From Perkinsus chesapeaki ATCC PRA-425 (Eukaryota; Protista; Perkinsozoa), in contig JAAPAO010000059.1 in the NCBI GenBank assembly GCA_013115145.1, positions 1-64,000 on the forward strand: DNA of 64,000 nucleotides, in the 5' to 3' direction. A program made the position numbers and the translations under genes. Each line of letters begins with the position of its first letter. The stretch's first letter is position 1. Under the pieces are notes generated by a model that saw only the letters and a list, made by a program, of their open reading frames with translations, searched no databases and was not told where the DNA came from. Below, in pieces: positions 63,201 to 64,000 of the stretch.

Positions 63201-64000
63201 TGAATTTTACCGTACTTGTATATCGTATACAGATATAGTAATAGAATGGAAATATTTCTGGCAGAAGGGTGCATGGTTACACGGTGTCAGGTATTGAGTA
63301 CGGTAACAACACCGATGAGAATGCAGCCAAGGCATATAGGAAGTATCTTGCCGAAGCTCCTATTGCGACTGAGCCCCTAGATGGCCTTGAAGCATACTGG
63401 AATCCTGAGCCATTGGTGCCTGCTACACTAGAGGAGGACAGGGAGAATCTGTCGAGCAAAAGTAGGATACGGGAGAGGTTGGTTGGAGGTCCATGTGGAG
63501 CGGTAGGCACTTCTGCTACCAACTCTCCCCGAGATAGCGGCGCCAGTGAGACCGAGGATGAGCAGCAGGCCAAGGGCTTGCTTGATTTCGCCACCATCGA
63601 TCCTCTGGCATTGCAGCACAAGCCAGATGAGAGGTTGATGAAGGTTGCTAGGGACGTCGTAAGGGAGAAGGGTGTGGGTGCATGTGGCCCTCGAGGCTTC
63701 TATGGTAGCACTGTTCCCTTGGGTTTGGGACCGGAATGAGTGGCATCAGGTACGACGGTGGAGCACTTGGATCTCGAAAAGGCTATCACTGAGTTCCTGG
63801 GCACCGAGGCTTCGATTGTCTACAGCCATCACACTGTGTCCGATTCTAGTGTGGTAAGTGGTGGTGGAGGTGTTGCCGTCTCCAGGCGGATGATTGGATC
63901 CATCAGATCCAAGCATTCATCACCAAGAATGATTTTGTCATCGTCCATAAGGACGCGAATCCACACATGTGCATCGGCCTTAACTTGTCCCGCGCTAAGA
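60257..64000 (+). CDS. Serine palmitoyltransferase: LCB2 moiety spliced to an LCB1 moiety (predicted single chain); runs off the window; start uncertain
   Basis: LCB2 motifs: [46 protein letters not shown], and GTFTKSFG with the PLP Lys at 62324-62326. LCB1 motifs: [20 protein letters not shown] and [22 protein letters not shown] phase-1 intron at 62985-63290 joins the two. Confidence 0.8.

Overview
Gene-dense, intron-rich eukaryotic genomic DNA. The many 40-60 nt GT-AG introns, alveolate-type housekeeping genes and lineage-specific secreted families suggest a Perkinsus-like protist (inference). Spliced conserved genes, identified by manually joining exons: cullin-1, exosome CSL4, a SAP-domain/Tho1-like protein, an SR-rich RNA-binding protein, COG8, NADH-cytochrome b5 reductase, thimet oligopeptidase (M3A), two tandem SRSF3/7-like SR genes, ELF1, an ATG1/ULK kinase with a tRNA-Trp nested antisense in one intron, RPB2, TMEM33/Pom33 and serine palmitoyltransferase. 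Interspersed intronless genes: phospholipase B-like, two dispersed paralogs of an unnamed secreted Cys-patterned family, three tandem 11-mer-repeat (perilipin/LEA-like) genes and two Cys-domain mucins. Top candidate system: an apparently single-chain serine palmitoyltransferase, in which LCB2 splices in frame into an LCB1 moiety that has no start codon of its own, preceded by a membrane-anchored N-terminal extension with a weak small-subunit-like motif. It is cut by the window end. Exon boundaries were placed by eye and are approximate. Four N gaps (946-1043, 50070-50166, 54575-54674, 57005-57100) all fall inside tandem repeats.
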